Both the position numbers and the translations under genes were made by a program. Shown piece after piece: positions 27,603-38,112 of a stretch of DNA of 64,000 nt. Under the pieces are notes generated by a model that ran no database searches, had not been told where the DNA came from, and saw only the letters and a program-made list of their open reading frames with translations. Within the stretch, counting starts at the first letter, position 1. Each line of letters starts with the position of its first letter. Source of the DNA: Clostridia bacterium. Lineage in GTDB: Bacteria; Bacillota; Clostridia; TANB77; CAG-508. The stretch is from the NCBI GenBank assembly GCA_017613275.1, contig JAGAED010000017.1, forward strand, positions 69,300 through 133,299, in the 5' to 3' direction.

Positions 27603-28268
27603 ATGGAGATTTTAAAAGTTGAAAACTTAACTAAGGAATATGGAAAGGACGAATCTCAAGTTGTGGCTTTAGATAATGTATCATTTTCAGTAGGAAAAGG
27701 CGAATTTATTGCAATAGTAGGAGCCTCTGGAAGTGGTAAATCAACATTACTTCACATAATTGGTGGAGTTGATAGACCAACAAGTGGGAAAGTTTTTATA
27801 GATGGAAAAGATATTTTTTCTTTAAATGATGATGAACTTGCAAGATTTAGAAGAAGACAAGTGGGATTAATTTACCAGTTCTATAATTTAATTCCTATTT
27901 TAAATGTAGCAGAAAATATATCATTACCGCTTTCATTAGATAATAGAAAAGTTGATGAAAATGAGTTAAATAAAATGTTGGAATTATTAGGCTTAGAAAA
28001 CAGAAAAGAACATTTACCAAATGAATTGTCAGGTGGACAACAACAAAGAACAAGTATTGGAAGAGCATTAATCACAAATCCAGCAATAATCCTTGCTGAT
28101 GAACCAACTGGAAACTTAGATACAAAAGCAAGTGAAGAAATAGTTTCATTACTAAAAAAATCAAACAAAGAATTAAATCAAACAATAATAATGATAACAC
28201 ACAATATGGAAATAGCTAAATCAGCTGATAGAATAATAAAAATAGCAGATGGAAAAATTGTTGAATAG
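27603..28268 (+). CDS. ABC transporter ATP-binding protein
   Basis: [24 protein letters not shown]. Confidence 0.9.
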   Translation: MEILKVENLTKEYGKDESQVVALDNVSFSVGKGEFIAIVGASGSGKSTLLHIIGGVDRPTSGKVFIDGKDIFSLNDDELARFRRRQVGLIYQFYNLIPILNVAENISLPLSLDNRKVDENELNKMLELLGLENRKEHLPNELSGGQQQRTSIGRALITNPAIILADEPTGNLDTKASEEIVSLLKKSNKELNQTIIMITHNMEIAKSADRIIKIADGKIVE

Positions 28269-28278
28269 GAGGTTCGAA

Positions 28279-30831
28279 ATGGGAATACTTAAAAATTTTA
28301 CGATAAAAAATTTGAAACTTAACAAAAAAAGAACAATAGTAACAATAATAGGTATAATGCTATCAGTTGCACTTATAACATCTGTTGCATCAATTTATAT
28401 TAGTGGAATAGCATCATTAATAAACTTTGAAAAACATGAAAAAGGTAACTTTCATGTGTCATTTTATGATGTTGAATGTAATGATTTAGCATCATTTAAA
28501 AATAATAAGAATATTGAAAACATTTTTGTAAAACAAAACATAGGATATGCAAAATTAGAAAATTCGAAAAATGAGCATAAACCTTATGCACATATTGAAA
28601 GCTTCACAAAAGAGGCATTGGAAAACTTGTCTGTTAAACTTGTTGAAGGAAGAATGCCAGAAAATGAAAATGAAATACTAATACCAACACATTTAAACAC
28701 AAATGGTAGAATTAGCCATTCTGTTGGGGAGTCGCTTACATTAAATGTTGGAGAGAGAGTAAGAGATGGAAAGGAATTAACACAATTTGATTCTTTTAGC
28801 CCAGAAGATTCAGAGCAGATAATAAATACAACAACAAATACATATAAAATAGTTGGTATTATTGAAAGACCAGCAACTAATATTGAAGGATATTCTGCTC
28901 CAGGTTACACATTTATAACATATTTGGATAAGGCAGATGCCTCAAAAACATGCGATGTTTATGTTAGATATACACGACAAGCCTTAAATGAAAAATCATT
29001 TATGAGTATTGAAGATTTTAAATATGAAATGGATGCAAATGAATATTTAATTGGACTTGAGTTAGATCCTCTAAAAGTAAGCGGATTAGGACAAATAGGA
29101 ATTGTTGCAGCAATAGTTTGTGGAATAATAATTGTTACATCTGTATTTTGTATAAAAAATAGTTTTGATATATCAATTACAGAAAAAACTAGACAATACG
29201 GTATGTTAAGAAGCATCGGAGCAACAAGAAAACAAATAAGAAAAAATGTATTTTATGAAGCATTTATCTTAGGCGGAATAGGAATTCCTTTAGGAATATT
29301 ATTAGGATTGTTAGCATCATTCATTTTAATGATTATAAGCAATGTGTTATTAAAAGATATGCTTACACAAGGACTAAAACTAGAACTAGAGATTTCTTGG
29401 ATAGCTATTCTAATTTCAATTGTATTAGGAATAGTTACAATTTATTTATCAGCAAGAAAGAGTGCGAGAAAAGCTTCTAAAATAGCGCCAATTGATGCTA
29501 TAAGAAGTAATGATAGTATTAAAATTAAATCTAATAAAGTAAAATGTCCAAAAATAATTAATAAAATATTTGGAATTGGCGGAGAAATATCATACAAGAA
29601 CTTAAAAAGAAATAAGAAAAAATACCGTACAACAGTCATATCTATTGTAGTATCTGTTTTTACATTTATTGCCTTATATTCATTTGTAAATTCGACATAT
29701 TCTACAACTAGAAAAACATTTGACTTTACTGAATACAATTTAGATATTTCAGCAGATATACAAAATAACCCAGAATTATACGACAAAATGCTTGAAACAA
29801 CCAAAATGGAAGACGTAGAAAAATATGTTACATTAAGAACAGATGGAATAGTAGTTTATAATCCTAAATATTCAGAAAAATACAAACAACTGACGACTGG
29901 TACTTCAAATAATGAAATTGATTATGATGGAGAAAATCAAGAAGAACCAAAATACATCAAAATAACAAGCATTGGAGATAAGGCTTATAGAGAGTATTTG
30001 AATAGACTAGGTTTGAATTATGAAGAATACAAAAATAAAGGAATTATGGTAGATATTAAAAAAATAGAATTATTTGATGCGAAAAATCAAACCATAGAAA
30101 ATGTTCAAGTTCACGAATTTGATTATAAAGTTGGAGAAAAATTATCAGGGATAGGCGGTGATGGTTCTTCTGACATAACTGTGGAAATAGGACATATTGC
30201 AGATGAAAAACCATTTACAGTGTCAAGATATGAACAAAGCCAAATAATTGTTAGTGATGAGTGGTTTGACAATAATATAAAAAATAAAAACGATTATTTG
30301 ACAGTATATATAAAGACAAAAAATCCAAACCAATTACAAGAAAAAATAGAGAACCATCTAAAAGGTTTTGATTATAGTTTAAACAATTCAGATGAAAACG
30401 TTACAATGATGGAAAACTTATTCACATTAATTTCTATTTTCTTATATGGATTTATAATAGTAATATCATTAATAGGAATAACAAATATCTTTAATACAAT
30501 AACAACAAATATGGAACTAAGAAAAAGAGAATTTGCGAGCTTGAAATCCATAGGAATGACAACGAAAGAGTTCAAAAGAATGATAAGACTAGAAAGCGTA
30601 TTTATGGGAGTAAAAGCCCTACTATTTGGTATTCCAATAGGAATAATATTATCATATTTAATTAATAACAGCATGACAATTAATGTAATAGGCAGATATG
30701 AGTTACCAATACCAGCAATAATAATTTCAATAATTGCAGTATTTGCGCTAATAATGTGCATTATGAAATATTCAATTAATAAGATAAATAAACAAAATAT
30801 TATTGAAACAATCAGAAATGAAAATATTTAA
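28279..30831 (+). CDS. ABC transporter permease, double FtsX-domain type
   Basis: About 850 aa with two FtsX-like TM bundles (QYGMLRSIGATRKQI; EFASLKSIGMTTKEF). ATG 28279 has AGGAGG upstream. Confidence 0.85.
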   Translation: MGILKNFTIKNLKLNKKRTIVTIIGIMLSVALITSVASIYISGIASLINFEKHEKGNFHVSFYDVECNDLASFKNNKNIENIFVKQNIGYAKLENSKNEHKPYAHIESFTKEALENLSVKLVEGRMPENENEILIPTHLNTNGRISHSVGESLTLNVGERVRDGKELTQFDSFSPEDSEQIINTTTNTYKIVGIIERPATNIEGYSAPGYTFITYLDKADASKTCDVYVRYTRQALNEKSFMSIEDFKYEMDANEYLIGLELDPLKVSGLGQIGIVAAIVCGIIIVTSVFCIKNSFDISITEKTRQYGMLRSIGATRKQIRKNVFYEAFILGGIGIPLGILLGLLASFILMIISNVLLKDMLTQGLKLELEISWIAILISIVLGIVTIYLSARKSARKASKIAPIDAIRSNDSIKIKSNKVKCPKIINKIFGIGGEISYKNLKRNKKKYRTTVISIVVSVFTFIALYSFVNSTYSTTRKTFDFTEYNLDISADIQNNPELYDKMLETTKMEDVEKYVTLRTDGIVVYNPKYSEKYKQLTTGTSNNEIDYDGENQEEPKYIKITSIGDKAYREYLNRLGLNYEEYKNKGIMVDIKKIELFDAKNQTIENVQVHEFDYKVGEKLSGIGGDGSSDITVEIGHIADEKPFTVSRYEQSQIIVSDEWFDNNIKNKNDYLTVYIKTKNPNQLQEKIENHLKGFDYSLNNSDENVTMMENLFTLISIFLYGFIIVISLIGITNIFNTITTNMELRKREFASLKSIGMTTKEFKRMIRLESVFMGVKALLFGIPIGIILSYLINNSMTINVIGRYELPIPAIIISIIAVFALIMCIMKYSINKINKQNIIETIRNENI

Positions 30832-30835
30832 AAAA

Positions 30836-30873
30836 AGACTTTTGGGGTTCAGTACACACTGCCCCAAAAGTCT
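30836..30873. terminator. Bidirectional hairpin terminator (relative of the GGGACAC element)
   Basis: agacttttgggg-ttcagtacacactg-ccccaaaagtct, between convergent genes. Confidence 0.65.
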
Positions 30874-30874
30874 T

Positions 30875-31474
30875 TTAATTATTAATCAATTTTTTAATTT
30901 CTTTATATAAGTAAGGTTTAAATTCATTTATTGGAAGAGGTTCTTTATATAAAATAGAATTAAAACATGTTGAACTTACAAGCTCAATTATCATATATAA
31001 AGTAACTTCCGGATTTTCTAATTCAATATTTTGTTCTTTAATACCATTTAGAAACAATTCCAAAATAGTATTGTTTTCTGTTTCTTGCTTCTGATAAAGT
31101 TCATTTATTGTTTTAGTATAAATTCCCCAAGATAAGTTTTTAGAGATGAACTGAAGCAATAATTTATTTTTTTCTAAATAATCAATTATAAAATCTACTA
31201 TAAAAATTACTTGTTCATCTAATTTATTTATATCTGTTTTTTTCAATTTTTTATAAGCATCATTAAATAACTTATTGGATTTTTTGGCAATAAGTTTATT
31301 TCTAATATCATATTTATCTTTAAAATAAGTGTAGAAAGTGCCTTTTGCAACTCCGGCATCATCAACAATCTCTTGGATTGAAGTGTCTTGGAAACCTTTA
31401 TGCATAAATAGTTTGAAGCCACTATCTAATAATTTTGATTCTTTTTCTGGTTCTTTTCTAATATCTTTTTTCAT
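30875..31474 (-). CDS. TetR/AcrR-family transcriptional regulator
   Basis: HTH TSIQEIVDDAGVAKGTFYTYFKDK. The start is moved to MKKDIRK (GAGGGG upstream). Confidence 0.85.
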   Translation of the reverse strand: MKKDIRKEPEKESKLLDSGFKLFMHKGFQDTSIQEIVDDAGVAKGTFYTYFKDKYDIRNKLIAKKSNKLFNDAYKKLKKTDINKLDEQVIFIVDFIIDYLEKNKLLLQFISKNLSWGIYTKTINELYQKQETENNTILELFLNGIKEQNIELENPEVTLYMIIELVSSTCFNSILYKEPLPINEFKPYLYKEIKKLINN

Positions 31475-31509
31475 TTTATTTCCCCTCAATTTAAATAGTA
31501 GCATAAAAC

Positions 31510-31597
31510 TGACTAAAAGTCAACAAATTTTATAAAAAGTATTGACTTTTGGTCAATATGGTAATATAATATGGAACGATAATTGACCAATGGTCAA
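31510..31597. promoter_or_regulatory. Divergent control region: three TGAC-N5-GTCA palindromes and the MMPL promoter
   Basis: tgactaaaagtca (31510-31522), ttgacttttggtcaa (31542-31556), ttgaccaatggtcaa (31583-31597). TTGACT (31542), 17 nt, TATAAT (31565-31570). Confidence 0.6.
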
Positions 31598-31663
31598 CAA
31601 GAAAAGACACAAAAGCCTGAAATACTACAGAATGGCTTTTGAAACGAAAGGAGAAAAAACAAA

Positions 31664-33736
31664 ATGCAAAAATTTGGAGAATTCGTGGTAAAACATAGAA
31701 TAATAATTTTAATTATAGCATTAGTTTTACTAGTTCCATCATTTCTTGGAATGAAAGCAACAAAAATAAATTATGATATTCTAACTTATTTACCAGGAGA
31801 AATTAAAACAATTCAAGGCGAAAACATTTTAACAGATGACTTTAATATGGGGGCATATTCCATAGTAGTTCTAAAAAATATGCCAGCAAAAGATATTTTA
31901 AGATTAGAGGAAGATATCAAAAACAAAATCGAAAATGTCGAGTTATGTGCAAGTGTAGCAGATATAACAGGTGAGACATTTCCAATAGAAATGTTACCAG
32001 ATGATGTAACAGAAAGAATTTATAAAAATAACGAAACACTTTTATTAGTAACATTTAAAGATGCAATATCATCAGACGAAACAATGGAGTCAATTCAAAA
32101 ATTAAGAGAAATAACAAACGAAAATGTAATGATTTCTGGAATGTCTGCAACATTGTTAGATACAAAAGAATTACTAGAATCTGAAATGACAATATATGTA
32201 ATTATAGCAGCAATTTTATGCTTCATAATATTATTAATTGCATTAGATTCATTTGCTGCACCATTCTTACTATTAGCAAACATAGGAATTGCAGTATTAT
32301 TCAATATGGGAAGTAATATAATGTTTGGACAAATATCTTATATTACAAAAGCAATAAGTGCTGCACTTCAATTAGGAGTAACAATGGACTTTGCGATTTT
32401 CTTATATCATACTTATGTAGCAGAAAAGAAAGTTGAAAAGGATATAAAAAAGGCAATGGCATCAGCAATAGCCAAAACTCTAGTGTCAGTTTTAGGAAGC
32501 TCTTTAACAACAATAGCAGGATTTTTAGCACTATGTGGAATGAGCTTAACACTTGGTTCAGATATAGGTTTAGTAATGGCAAAAGGTGTAGTATTTGGTT
32601 TAGTATGTGTTGTAACAGTATTGCCAGCATTACTACTATCATTTGATAATTTAGTAGAAAAAACAAAGCATAAAGAGTTAATGCCAAAATTTACAAAACT
32701 ATCAAGCTTTATAATAAAACACAATATAGCATTTATAGCCATATTTGTAATTTTATTACCAATAGCATTTTATGGATATAAAAATACACAAGTTTATTAC
32801 AAACTTGACTCTTCATTGCCAGACTCTTTACAAAGTGTGTCTGCCAATAAAGAGGTAATAAACGAATTCAAAATAGTATCACCAGAGTTACTAATGGTAG
32901 ACAGCGAGCTAAGTAATGAAAAGGTAAATCAAATGCTTAGCGAAATTGACAAATTAGATGGAATTGACTGGGCTTTAAGCCTAACAAAACTTGAAAAGGA
33001 AGGAATACCAGAGGAAATTCTTCCAGAAGAATTGGTTTCTAAAGTAAAAAATGACAAATATCAAATAATAGTAATAAATTCATTATACGAAATGGCAACA
33101 CCAGAAATTGATAATCAAATTAAACAAGTAAATGAAATAATAGCAAAATACGATGAAAATGCAATTTTAGCAGGTGAAGGACCTTTGATGAATGACTTAG
33201 TAACAGTTGCAGACCATGACTTTAATAGTGTTAATGTAATATCAATAGTGGTTATATTTGTATTGATGTTCTTTGTATTAAAATCAATTGCATTACCTAT
33301 AATTTTAATTGGAGTTATAGAACTTGCTATATTTATAAATATGGGACTTCCTTATTACACAGGAACTATAATACCATTTATTTCTTCAATTGTAATAGGA
33401 ACAATTCAATTAGGGGCTACAATAGATTATGCTATTTTGATTACAACTAAATATATAGGAAAGAGAAAAGAAGGTTTAAACAAAAAAGAAGCGGTTAATT
33501 TTGCATTATCTACTTCAATTGGTTCAATAGTTGTAAGTGGACTATGTTTCTTTGCAGCAACTTTTGGTATAGGTTTGGTTTCAAAACTTTCAATGATTGC
33601 TTCTCTTTGCTCACTAATGGCAAGGGGCGCAATTGTAAGTATGTTTATAGTTGTATTTATGCTACCATCATTCTTAACAGTGTTTGACAAATTAATTTGC
33701 AAAAGCACATTTGGAATGAGAAAGATTAAAAATTAA
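31664..33736 (+). CDS. MMPL-family (RND superfamily) transporter
   Basis: 690 aa with two 6-TM bundles separated by extracytoplasmic domains, and an N-terminus typical of MMPL proteins. Confidence 0.8.
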   Translation: MQKFGEFVVKHRIIILIIALVLLVPSFLGMKATKINYDILTYLPGEIKTIQGENILTDDFNMGAYSIVVLKNMPAKDILRLEEDIKNKIENVELCASVADITGETFPIEMLPDDVTERIYKNNETLLLVTFKDAISSDETMESIQKLREITNENVMISGMSATLLDTKELLESEMTIYVIIAAILCFIILLIALDSFAAPFLLLANIGIAVLFNMGSNIMFGQISYITKAISAALQLGVTMDFAIFLYHTYVAEKKVEKDIKKAMASAIAKTLVSVLGSSLTTIAGFLALCGMSLTLGSDIGLVMAKGVVFGLVCVVTVLPALLLSFDNLVEKTKHKELMPKFTKLSSFIIKHNIAFIAIFVILLPIAFYGYKNTQVYYKLDSSLPDSLQSVSANKEVINEFKIVSPELLMVDSELSNEKVNQMLSEIDKLDGIDWALSLTKLEKEGIPEEILPEELVSKVKNDKYQIIVINSLYEMATPEIDNQIKQVNEIIAKYDENAILAGEGPLMNDLVTVADHDFNSVNVISIVVIFVLMFFVLKSIALPIILIGVIELAIFINMGLPYYTGTIIPFISSIVIGTIQLGATIDYAILITTKYIGKRKEGLNKKEAVNFALSTSIGSIVVSGLCFFAATFGIGLVSKLSMIASLCSLMARGAIVSMFIVVFMLPSFLTVFDKLICKSTFGMRKIKN

Positions 33737-33762
33737 TTTTATGTGCAATCATAAATAAAAGC

Positions 33763-33877
33763 AATATGTAAAATGTGAGTGAGTCCGCGTAGGCGTAGCG
33801 AAGCGGAGCGGTGAAGCAACCTGTCCTAATAAAAAAAGGGAGGTTGCGACAACAAGGATGAACGGGTTTTACATATT
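33763..33877 (+). repeat. Structured intergenic repeat, A/B family, copy A2
   Basis: Near-identical to 145-262, including the terminal inverted repeat aatatgtaaaa/ttttacatatt. Confidence 0.75.
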
Positions 33878-33907
33878 GCGATATTAAAATAATTGGAGGA
33901 AATAAAA

Positions 33908-35764
33908 ATGAATAATAAATTTTGTAAAAAAATAATTGCAAGTGCAATGGTAATAATGCTAGGAGCATACACATTGCCAATATATGCTTTTGCAAATGAA
34001 GAAGCAGTTTATACAAAACTAGATGCAGAAGGAAAAAGCTACAAAACAATAGTAACAACAAAACAAAATGAAGAAATAAAACAAGAAGAATCAAATAAAG
34101 AACTACCACTAGAAACAAAAATAACATACACATTAGATGGAAAAGAAATATCAGCAAAAGACATAGCAGGAAAAAGTGGGAAAGTATCAATAAAAATCGA
34201 ATATAAAAACAAATCTGCTAAACAAGAATATATAAATGGAAAATACGAAACAATGTATACGCCATTTGTTGTAGCAGTTGGTTCAATAATAGACAACAAA
34301 AATAACAAAAACATAAAAGTTACAAACGGAAAAGTTATAGAAAATGGCGAAAAATCAATAGTTGTAGGAATTGTAATGCCAGGCATGGAAGAAAGCCTAA
34401 ATCTAACAGGAGAATTAGCGGATATCGAAATTCCAAGCAGTATAGAAATTACAATGGATTCTACAAATTTTGAAATGAAAAATATAATGTCTTATGCATC
34501 TCCAAGAGTGTTTGAAAAAGATATTGATTGGAGTAAGCTAAATGACTTATTTGACAAAGCAAATCTTTTAAAAACATCAATTGACCAAATTGAAGAAGGC
34601 GCAAATGCTTTAAGAGATGGAATTTCAACGTTAAACGATGGAGCAACACAATTAAATAATGGTGCTAGTAAATTAGATAACGGAGCTGCCCAATTAAATA
34701 ATGGTGCAACAGCTTTAAATAACGGGATTTATGAATTACAAGCTGGAGTTACAAATGCAGGTGCAGGAATATCAAGCTTAAAGAAAGGTACTTCTGGAGT
34801 TGCAACAGGTGCAGAACTGGTAAATGCAGGTGCAAAAAATCTAAAAGATGGTCTTAATACATTAGATGGAAAAACACAATCACTTCAAACAGGTATGACA
34901 AAGTTATCTCAATCTGTAAGTCAATTAAATGCTGGAGCTAAAAACTTAAAAGCTGGAGTAGATGGATTATATTCACAATTATCAGCATATTCTTCAAAAG
35001 CAGAAGAATTGGAACAATTGATAAATGCAAATAAAGCTGTTTTGGCAACAGTAGAGTCTGGAAGTCAATTAGCAACAATTTTACAAAACAACATAAATGC
35101 TTTAGAATCAGAAAAAGCATTATTACAAAAAACTTCAAAAATAGGAGAATTAGTTACAGCAACAACACAAATTTCAAATGGCCTAAACGCATTAGATCAA
35201 AGTACTAAAACATTACCAGATACTGCAAAAGCGCTAGCTGATGGTGTAACACAATTATCAAATGGCGCAACAAAATTAGCAAATGGAACAAGTGATTTAA
35301 GTGATGGCGCAAAACAATTAGATGGCGGAGCTACACAACTTGTAAATGGCGCAACTGCTTTGAAAAATGGAGTAAATAGCTTAAAACAGGGAGCTGGTCA
35401 ATTACAAAATGGAACAGGAGATTTATCTCAAGGTGCAAAACAATTATCAGAAGGAACAACAAGTCTAGTTGATGGAACAAATAAATTAAAAGAAGGAAGT
35501 GTTCAATTAGCAGAAGGAATCCATAAATACAATGTTGAAGGAATTACAAAAATTACAAACTTTATAAATGGAGATTTATATAATTTAAAAATTAGAGCAC
35601 AAAGATTAGAACAACTTTCAAAAGATTATAATAAATTCAATTCAGATGAAGCAAGAGATGAAATTAAATTCATTTCTATAATTGATTCTGTAAAAACAAG
35701 TCAAAAAGATGAAGAAAAACAAGAAATTGTAACAGACTTTGGTGAAAAAGATAAAGAAGAATAA
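33908..35764 (+). CDS. YhgE/Pip-like secreted protein with XXXLXXG heptad repeats, no C-terminal TM bundle
   Basis: Signal or anchor peptide, then repeated L(N/D)(N/D)GA.QL.NGA units. ATG 33908 has GGAGG upstream. Confidence 0.7.
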   Translation: MNNKFCKKIIASAMVIMLGAYTLPIYAFANEEAVYTKLDAEGKSYKTIVTTKQNEEIKQEESNKELPLETKITYTLDGKEISAKDIAGKSGKVSIKIEYKNKSAKQEYINGKYETMYTPFVVAVGSIIDNKNNKNIKVTNGKVIENGEKSIVVGIVMPGMEESLNLTGELADIEIPSSIEITMDSTNFEMKNIMSYASPRVFEKDIDWSKLNDLFDKANLLKTSIDQIEEGANALRDGISTLNDGATQLNNGASKLDNGAAQLNNGATALNNGIYELQAGVTNAGAGISSLKKGTSGVATGAELVNAGAKNLKDGLNTLDGKTQSLQTGMTKLSQSVSQLNAGAKNLKAGVDGLYSQLSAYSSKAEELEQLINANKAVLATVESGSQLATILQNNINALESEKALLQKTSKIGELVTATTQISNGLNALDQSTKTLPDTAKALADGVTQLSNGATKLANGTSDLSDGAKQLDGGATQLVNGATALKNGVNSLKQGAGQLQNGTGDLSQGAKQLSEGTTSLVDGTNKLKEGSVQLAEGIHKYNVEGITKITNFINGDLYNLKIRAQRLEQLSKDYNKFNSDEARDEIKFISIIDSVKTSQKDEEKQEIVTDFGEKDKEE

Positions 35765-35783
35765 AAACAAAAAATTGCTAATT

Positions 35784-35978
35784 GGTAAAATATATTATTT
35801 TTAACCCTTGTCGTCGCAACCTTCAATCTTAAAATTACCACAAACTGCCAATTTCTAATAGCTCGTCGCTCGCTATAAGAAATTGTATGTTTGTGCTAAT
35901 TCTGCTGAGGGTTGCTCCAGTTCGCACTCACTTCGTTCGTTTGACGCTTTCGCGGGTTTTAAAATAATATATTTTACC
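35784..35978 (-). repeat. Structured intergenic repeat, A/B family, copy B1 (inverted relative to A copies, with a ~85-nt extra central hairpin)
   Basis: cccttgtcgtcgcaacc ... gggttgctccagttcgcactcac. Outer IR ggtaaaatatattattttt/aaaataatatattttacc. About 95% identical to 44390-44582. Confidence 0.75.
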
Positions 35979-35996
35979 ATAGCATATGAAAGATAA

Positions 35997-36024
35997 AAGG
36001 ATATCATTTTGAAATGATATCCTT
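35997..36024. terminator. Bidirectional hairpin terminator
   Basis: aaggatatcattt-tg-aaatgatatcctt, a perfect 13-bp stem. Confidence 0.7.
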
Positions 36025-36032
36025 AAAATTTT

Positions 36033-37079
36033 TTAATCCGCTGGTAAATTATCTTTTGAAATAACTATAACTGGGCGAATTTTGCTGCATAAAGTTTCAT
36101 CGTTGTACCATGAATACAAAATGTTGCTAGACTGATATATATAATATACTTCGTCGTCAAAGAAATCATCTACATCAGCAGGTCCAAGATAATAGCCATA
36201 GGAAACACTTTCACTTACACCAAAAATACTGTTATAATCTGAAGTAACTTCTCCCATATCAATTGTTCCTCCCAAATTGTAAATGTCACTAAGTAACAAT
36301 AATCTTCCTGTTGCTCCTGTTACATTTAATGTGCTTACATATGCATTTATAATATCTTCAACATCACTTTCATTATATATATTTACGATATCAGAACTTA
36401 ATTCCATCCCAGTACTTTCATCTTCACTTTGTACTAAATCAGTATATGAATCGTCAGATTTTGTATAGCTTAAGCAATATTTAGCAAATAACTTTAATGT
36501 TGGATTATTCGCATCACTATCTGCTATTACATAAAAATCCTGATTTGATATTCTTACTGTGTCTCCTACGCTATATGCTGTATACGTTGTTCCTCCACCT
36601 GGAGGTGTGCCAGTATTTTCAGTTAATGCTTCCCAAGTTAATGTTCCACTTGTTATTGCAATAGTTCCTTCTTGTTTGTAATCTCTAGTAGTTATTGTTA
36701 CTTTTGCGTCTTGACCTGTTGCTGATTGTGATATAACCATTGTTGCATCTCCAATTTGTTTTGCTGTTTCGTATTGTGCTAATGCTGCTGTTATTACTCT
36801 TTGTCCGACTTCTGTTGCTGAATCTGTTAATTTTACAGTCTTGTTACCTTTTACATAAATGTCATCATAAGCTTCTGTTTGAGCATTCTGTACTAATACT
36901 GCAAGTTGATCTTTTGCTGAACCTATGTCATTTTTTTGTTTTGCCTCATTGGCTTTTGCTGGTGCACTATCACTTCCGGTTAATGCACTTATTGTGATTC
37001 CTGCCAAAATCAATAACACGATAATTGTTATTACTAAGGCGATAAGCGTAATTCCGCTTGTTTTGTTTAATTTGTTCAT
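36033..37079 (-). CDS. Prepilin-like surface protein, paralog c (intact reading frame)
   Basis: MNKLNKTSG|[49 protein letters not shown].. A unique C-terminal half ends in IRPVIVISK. Confidence 0.75.
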   Translation of the reverse strand: MNKLNKTSGITLIALVITIIVLLILAGITISALTGSDSAPAKANEAKQKNDIGSAKDQLAVLVQNAQTEAYDDIYVKGNKTVKLTDSATEVGQRVITAALAQYETAKQIGDATMVISQSATGQDAKVTITTRDYKQEGTIAITSGTLTWEALTENTGTPPGGGTTYTAYSVGDTVRISNQDFYVIADSDANNPTLKLFAKYCLSYTKSDDSYTDLVQSEDESTGMELSSDIVNIYNESDVEDIINAYVSTLNVTGATGRLLLLSDIYNLGGTIDMGEVTSDYNSIFGVSESVSYGYYLGPADVDDFFDDEVYYIYQSSNILYSWYNDETLCSKIRPVIVISKDNLPAD

Positions 37080-37462
37080 TTTTTTTACTTTCTCCTTTTT
37101 TTATAAAAATATCTAGATTTTTAGGTAATCTATGACCTTTGTCAAAAAAATAAAAATCTAATTTTCTAATCAACTCCTTCCATTTAAGAAATAATTTATT
37201 ATTTTTTAGGGATTTTTTTATTTTTCACAAATTTGAAAATTTATTAAATCTTTAAACTTAATTAGAAGTAAGGCAAAATAAAAATATAATTATAATGAGA
37301 AAGCTTTTCTGTTGTATTATTTTTCTTTTGATTTGTTATAAATTATTCCTTATCTTTTGTTTTTACAGCTTTTCGACTAACACGACTAAATAATATATCA
37401 TTTTTATAATAAAATCAATATAAATTTTAAAATTTATAAAAATTATGGAGTAATTAAAGACA

Positions 37463-37723
37463 ATGATAAGTAGAAAATTTAATGAGAAAGCTAATGTTAT
37501 TGGTAATATTATAAGTGATTTACGAAAATCAAAGAAAATGTCAAGAGCTACTTTGTCAAATAAACTTATGATGCTTGGAATTGATATCAATGGAGATGGA
37601 ATATATAAAATTGAAAAAGGTTCAAGAATTATAAAAGATTTTGAATTAGCTGCCTTTTCTATTGTATTAGAGGTTCCAGAATCAGATTTGTTGAAAAATT
37701 TTAGAAATGAATTACTAAAATAA
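37463..37723 (+). CDS. Small XRE-family HTH protein
   Basis: 86 aa, helix-turn-helix MSRATLSNKLMMLGIDINGDGIYKIEKG. Confidence 0.65.
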   Translation: MISRKFNEKANVIGNIISDLRKSKKMSRATLSNKLMMLGIDINGDGIYKIEKGSRIIKDFELAAFSIVLEVPESDLLKNFRNELLK

Positions 37724-37786
37724 ATTGAAAGTCTACATACACAAACTTTCGATTTATTTTTTTTTGTTTAACTTTGGGATACCTTC

Positions 37787-37865
37787 ATGAGAAATTTTTA
37801 TATAGAATATAAAGATAATGAATTTCTGCAATCATTGGTTGCAGAAATTAGTTGGACTAAAATAA
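37787..37865 (+). pseudogene. Remnant of a DUF1016/YhcG-type PDDEXK nuclease gene
   Basis: FYIEYKDNEFLQSLVAEISWTK matches the conserved YhcG N-terminal block. The homology stops where a GGGACAC palindrome begins. Confidence 0.5.
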
Positions 37866-37890
37866 ACTTTTTGGGACACTTTCAAAAAGT
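37866..37890 (+). repeat. GGGACAC-apex palindromic element inside a gene remnant
   Basis: acttttt-gggacactttc-aaaaagt. Confidence 0.6.
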
Positions 37891-38112
37891 AACGATAAAA
37901 TTAAAATGGAAAATTATGTTAAACATATTTACAGCTGGCACAAAATGTGATATAAGTAGAGTAATCTATTTAGTACATTTCGTGTTGATTTTTTATAGTA
38001 TTTAGTCAAATATTTAATTCAAAATTAATCCCAATTAATAAAAAATATAAGAAGGAGGTTTTTAAAATATTTACTGCGGTTTTCAAACATAGTAAAATAT
38101 ATAAGAAAAGAT

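Noticed and set aside
33726-34190. 154-aa minus-strand Leu/Phe-rich ORF
   Set aside because: It overlaps repeat A2 and the 5' part of yhgE in antisense. Low complexity.
35868-35880. Hammerhead-like ctgctgag inside the B repeats
   Set aside because: It does not match the invariant CUGANGA core, and no GAAA partner lies in the right place.
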